A stretch of DNA of 64,000 bases from Azolla caroliniana (lineage: Eukaryota; Plantae; Polypodiophyta). The translations under genes and the position numbers were made by a program. Location: NCBI GenBank assembly GCA_043228905.1, contig JBHGNT010000001.1, positions 25,296,001-25,360,000 of the forward strand. Direction: 5' to 3'. Shown here piece after piece: positions 60,405-64,000 of this stretch; position 1 is the first letter of the stretch, and each line of letters opens with the position of its first letter. Below the pieces are notes generated by a model. It worked only from the letters and a program-made list of their open reading frames with translations. It made no database searches and was not told the origin of the DNA.

Positions 60405-63341
60405 TTATAAAGTGCAAAGCTCCTCTGAGGCATCACATGTACAATACATCTTTCTAAGAGCCCTCCTCAGATCAACATCAGACCCATATCCAGCATCAAT
60501 TATACTATTGTGAATAATTCTACCTTCTTTCAAAGCTTTCAGATTTGTACACGCATACAGTAAAGTAAAAAATGCCACTTTATCAGGCGAAACTAGTTCC
60601 TTCTGTATTTGCTTATAAAGCTCAAGGACATGATCATCTTGATTAAATTTGAGGTGTATATTCATCATCGCTGTCCATGATATGATATCATGTTCAACCA
60701 TTCTGTTGAATACCTGCTGTGCACACTCGAGTTCCCTAAAATTTCCATACATGGTTACAAGAGCATTCCCTACCAATACATGTCCCTCAAACCCATTCTC
60801 AATTATGTAAGAATGAATTTCCTTTCCCACTTCTATGGCTGCAGGAGTATTAAAGGAGGCTATAATTCTTACAAGCATGCTCCTATTTGGCTGACAATAG
60901 TTTCTTTGCATAACATCAAAGACCTGCAATGCGTCTTTGTAGCATCCAGAATGTGAATACGCATCAATCATGGCAGCAAAGGTTGGCATATCACGATTAG
61001 CCATCCTCTCAAACAAGTCACATGCTTCTTTCAGAGCTTTACATTTACCATACATATTAATAAGCGCAGCACCTATAGTGACATCAGCTTCCAGCCCACA
61101 ATGTTTTATGGATGCATGGATTTCCTTTCCCATGTCAGGTGCCTCCAGAATAATACAAGCTCTGAGCATGCTTAAGAAAGAAAATTTATCCGGTTTGGCA
61201 TGTTCCTTCATGTGCTTGAAGAATTCAACTGCTCCTGTCCCATCACCAGAGTGGCAGTACGCAGCAAGCATGGCATTCCATGATGCTATGTCGGGGCCAT
61301 CCATCTGGTCAAACACATAACGCGCATCCTTTTTAGCACCACAGTTGCCATACATATTAATGAGAGAATTTCCTAAGAAGTTATCCAAATCCAAGCCATA
61401 CTCAAGCATTCTTGTGTGAATTATCCTACCTTCATCCAAGGCAGCTGAACTCGTGCACGCACTGAGAAGCCCAACGAATGTAAGCCTATTAGGATCTAAT
61501 CCATGATCTTGCATCGCCAAATAACAATTAAAAGCTTCTTCACTGTTCCCCTCCTTTCCATGGGCATAGATAATTGTGTTCCATGAAACAACATCATGCT
61601 CCTGCATACTGTCAAAGACTGTACATGCATCACTTAATGCTCCACACTTGCTGTACATCGAAATTAAAGCATTTCCTATTCTAATGTCTGTCATAAATCC
61701 TCTGTTGGAAACATGCAAATGCAGTATCTTACCCTCCTCTAAATTACATACCGTGCCACAAGCATCGAACGCACTGATGTAGTGTGATATGCTGGGTTCT
61801 ATGTCGCTCTTTTGCAGTTTTCCAAAGAGTTGAAGGGCCTCCTCTGCACACTCATTCGACGCATATGCATGAAGTATGTTAGTCCAAGAGACTGCATCAT
61901 GTGATTGCATTTTGTCAAATACTGCCTGTGCGTATTGCACTGCATTACATTTACCATACATGCAAATTAGTGAATTTCCTAATTGTGAATCAATAGGAAC
62001 CCCACTTTGTTTTAGAATGGAGTGCACTGCCTTTCCTTTTTCGAAGTTGGCCAAATCAGAACAAGCATGTATTATACTGAGAAATGTGGCTTTGTTAGGT
62101 TTGATACTTTTTTGTTGCATTTCCTCAAATGTCTTGAGCGCTTCCACACCATATCCATGATGTGAATATGCATCAATCATACTAGTCCAAGATATAACGT
62201 CCCTCTCTGACATCTGCTTAAAGACTAGAAAAGCTTCATCAAGAGCCCCACATTTATTGTACATATTAATAAGGGCGTTACATATAGACACCTCTGTATT
62301 GAATCCATGGTCCAAAATGCAATTGTGAATTTCCTTGCCTTGTGTTAGGGATTCTGGAGAGGTAAACACACCAACCAAGCTTAGAAATGTACATCGATCT
62401 GGTTTTATATGTAGTTGCTCCATTTTCAAAAAGAGGTCTAGTGCCTTCTTTTCTTCTCCATGCTTGCAATATGCAGCAATTGCAGAATTCCATGATATGA
62501 GATTCCGCCTTTGCATACGGTGGAATACAGATGTTGCTTCCTTCAGGTCCCCACATGTACTGTACATTGTGATGAGAGCATTACATACACCTATATCTCG
62601 CTTAAACCCTTCTTTAACCACATACGCGTGAATCCACTTACCCTCTGCTAGATTTACTGGGGATGAACATGCTCCGAGGATGACAAGAAATGTAACCCGG
62701 TTGGGTTTATGTCCTTTCTGCAGCATCTTCCGGAAGATCTGAAGAGCCTCTTTGGGAAGCCGGTTCTTGGTGTAAGATGTAATGATGCAATTCCAAGAGA
62801 CTACACTGGGATACTTCAGTTTGTCGAAAACAGTTCGCGCGCTCTGAAGGTCACCAAACCTGGAATACATGGAGATGAGGAGGTTGGCTAAGTAGGAGTC
62901 CTCCTCTGCAACCGATTTCATCATGTGCTCATGTATTCGTTTCCCTTGTGCAAGAGTGGTCACGCACTGTAAACGAGAGGCAAGGGTCTGAGCATTACCA
63001 GTGACAACATAATGTGGGGTATTACTATTCAGCTCAATCCACAAAGGCTTTGATGGCGTGCATGTCTGATTATTGCCTGGTGGTTTGTAAATGATCTTAT
63101 CCGCATAATGATTACTCCTATGCTGCTCCTGCAATTTGGCATGAACAAGATCACAGCGACGAAGAAGAAGAGGTGGAGGTGGTGACGTTGCATAAGCTAG
63201 TTTCGATGAAGCAGCAGCAGGGAAAGGCATGATCATCGAGCAGCAGCAGCTTCCTCCTCCTCCTCTTCCAGGCAGGAGAAGCTGCGTGGGGGAAAAGACT
63301 GAGTGTGCGTCCATATCCATAACCATCATCATCATCACCAT
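60405..63341 (-). CDS. PLS-class pentatricopeptide repeat protein, up to 978 aa, no E/DYW domain, probably plastid-targeted
   Basis: Intronless ORF with about 8 P-L-S triplets (NALITMYSTCG / NLISWNSAIAAY / PDRCTFLSLVGVF pattern). Ser/Pro/Ala-rich N-terminus with several candidate ATGs; ends within an S motif. Confidence 0.95.
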   Translation of the reverse strand: MVMMMMVMDMDAHSVFSPTQLLLPGRGGGGSCCCSMIMPFPAAASSKLAYATSPPPPLLLRRCDLVHAKLQEQHRSNHYADKIIYKPPGNNQTCTPSKPLWIELNSNTPHYVVTGNAQTLASRLQCVTTLAQGKRIHEHMMKSVAEEDSYLANLLISMYSRFGDLQSARTVFDKLKYPSVVSWNCIITSYTKNRLPKEALQIFRKMLQKGHKPNRVTFLVILGACSSPVNLAEGKWIHAYVVKEGFKRDIGVCNALITMYSTCGDLKEATSVFHRMQRRNLISWNSAIAAYCKHGEEKKALDLFLKMEQLHIKPDRCTFLSLVGVFTSPESLTQGKEIHNCILDHGFNTEVSICNALINMYNKCGALDEAFLVFKQMSERDVISWTSMIDAYSHHGYGVEALKTFEEMQQKSIKPNKATFLSIIHACSDLANFEKGKAVHSILKQSGVPIDSQLGNSLICMYGKCNAVQYAQAVFDKMQSHDAVSWTNILHAYASNECAEEALQLFGKLQKSDIEPSISHYISAFDACGTVCNLEEGKILHLHVSNRGFMTDIRIGNALISMYSKCGALSDACTVFDSMQEHDVVSWNTIIYAHGKEGNSEEAFNCYLAMQDHGLDPNRLTFVGLLSACTSSAALDEGRIIHTRMLEYGLDLDNFLGNSLINMYGNCGAKKDARYVFDQMDGPDIASWNAMLAAYCHSGDGTGAVEFFKHMKEHAKPDKFSFLSMLRACIILEAPDMGKEIHASIKHCGLEADVTIGAALINMYGKCKALKEACDLFERMANRDMPTFAAMIDAYSHSGCYKDALQVFDVMQRNYCQPNRSMLVRIIASFNTPAAIEVGKEIHSYIIENGFEGHVLVGNALVTMYGNFRELECAQQVFNRMVEHDIISWTAMMNIHLKFNQDDHVLELYKQIQKELVSPDKVAFFTLLYACTNLKALKEGRIIHNSIIDAGYGSDVDLRRALRKMYCTCDASEELCTL

Positions 63342-64000
63342 TAAGTATGTATGTATCTATCTACAAGCAGAGTTTCTTCTGAGAGAGAGTTCATCCTTTT
63401 CTTCTCCATCAGTTGTTACCGCGTGCATTCCATTCAATGGGGATGCTGCTATCGTGGTGAGCAAAAGGATGATACAAGCTCTTTGCATAAGAATGGCATA
63501 GCTATTCACTACCTGTGGATCCTCAAAGGAGGGTGGGAGGATCAGGGATCCCAGCTCTTCGCTGAAAACATAAGATGAATCGCAGGAAGCAGAGTAGGCA
63601 GGCAGTAGCGGCCCCAAACGAAGTCTCCTTTACCTCAGGAAGTGGCTGGTCCTGGTGCTATATTTATAAATTCCAATATATTTGCTGGCTTTCTCATCGT
63701 ATAAGAAGAAGATTGTGCTCTCTCTCTCTCTCTCTCTCTCTCTTGGGGTTGTCCATGACTCCATATATGTATCGTATGTATGTATTGGGTCATATATTTA
63801 GGGAGTGTGGCATCTCGATGGCGTTTTGTAAGGAAAACTAATGATGGAAAGGAGAGCTGGCGGGCCATGGTTGAGTATATATGTGGTAAGAGATCTTGTT
63901 GGATGTGTGATGATGATTCTAAGTTTCTATTAGTTCATGGGCAAAGTGCATGATCGTGCATGGGGGGCAAGATGGGTGATGAATGTGAAGGTGGTGTGAT

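Noticed and set aside
29716-63341. Apparent cluster of organellar RNA-processing genes (two PPRs and WTF1)
   Set aside because: PPR genes are very numerous in plant genomes and unrelated genes are interspersed, so co-location is expected by chance.

Overview
Eukaryotic, AT-rich, intron-containing land-plant nuclear DNA. A fern is plausible from the retroelement families, the dense CT/GA microsatellites and the long PLS-PPR gene, but this is inference only. Eight protein-coding genes can be supported: a PMT/DUF248-type putative pectin methyltransferase (-, 8 coding exons), a Spf31/DNAJC8-type J-domain protein (+, 9 exons), a P-class PPR (-), WTF1 (PORR domain, -), RPL24 (-, 5 exons), SRR1 (+, 2 exons, large repeat-containing insert), a CRIB-RhoGAP (RopGAP, +) and a 978-aa PLS-class PPR with no E/DYW domain (-). 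Spliced models were assembled by eye from GT-AG sites and close in frame. The first 6.7 kb holds the most unusual structure: a tandem array of about 10 tRNA-Gln-derived units with a shared 3' tail. Only one unit (5449-5520, CTG) is intact, and a decayed 5-kb Ty1/copia element with a truncated 3' LTR splits the array. Other mobile DNA: a 3.7-kb CACTA-ended element with long TIRs in the RPL24 promoter, carrying an orphan zinc-ribbon ORF and flanked by an atypical ~17-19 bp duplication; a hAT-type MITE with an 8-bp TSD; and LINE, gypsy and copia remnants. Short tandem duplications of about 50-310 bp are frequent. Nothing here demonstrates a new biological system; the tRNA-Gln array and the CACTA-ended element are the best leads.
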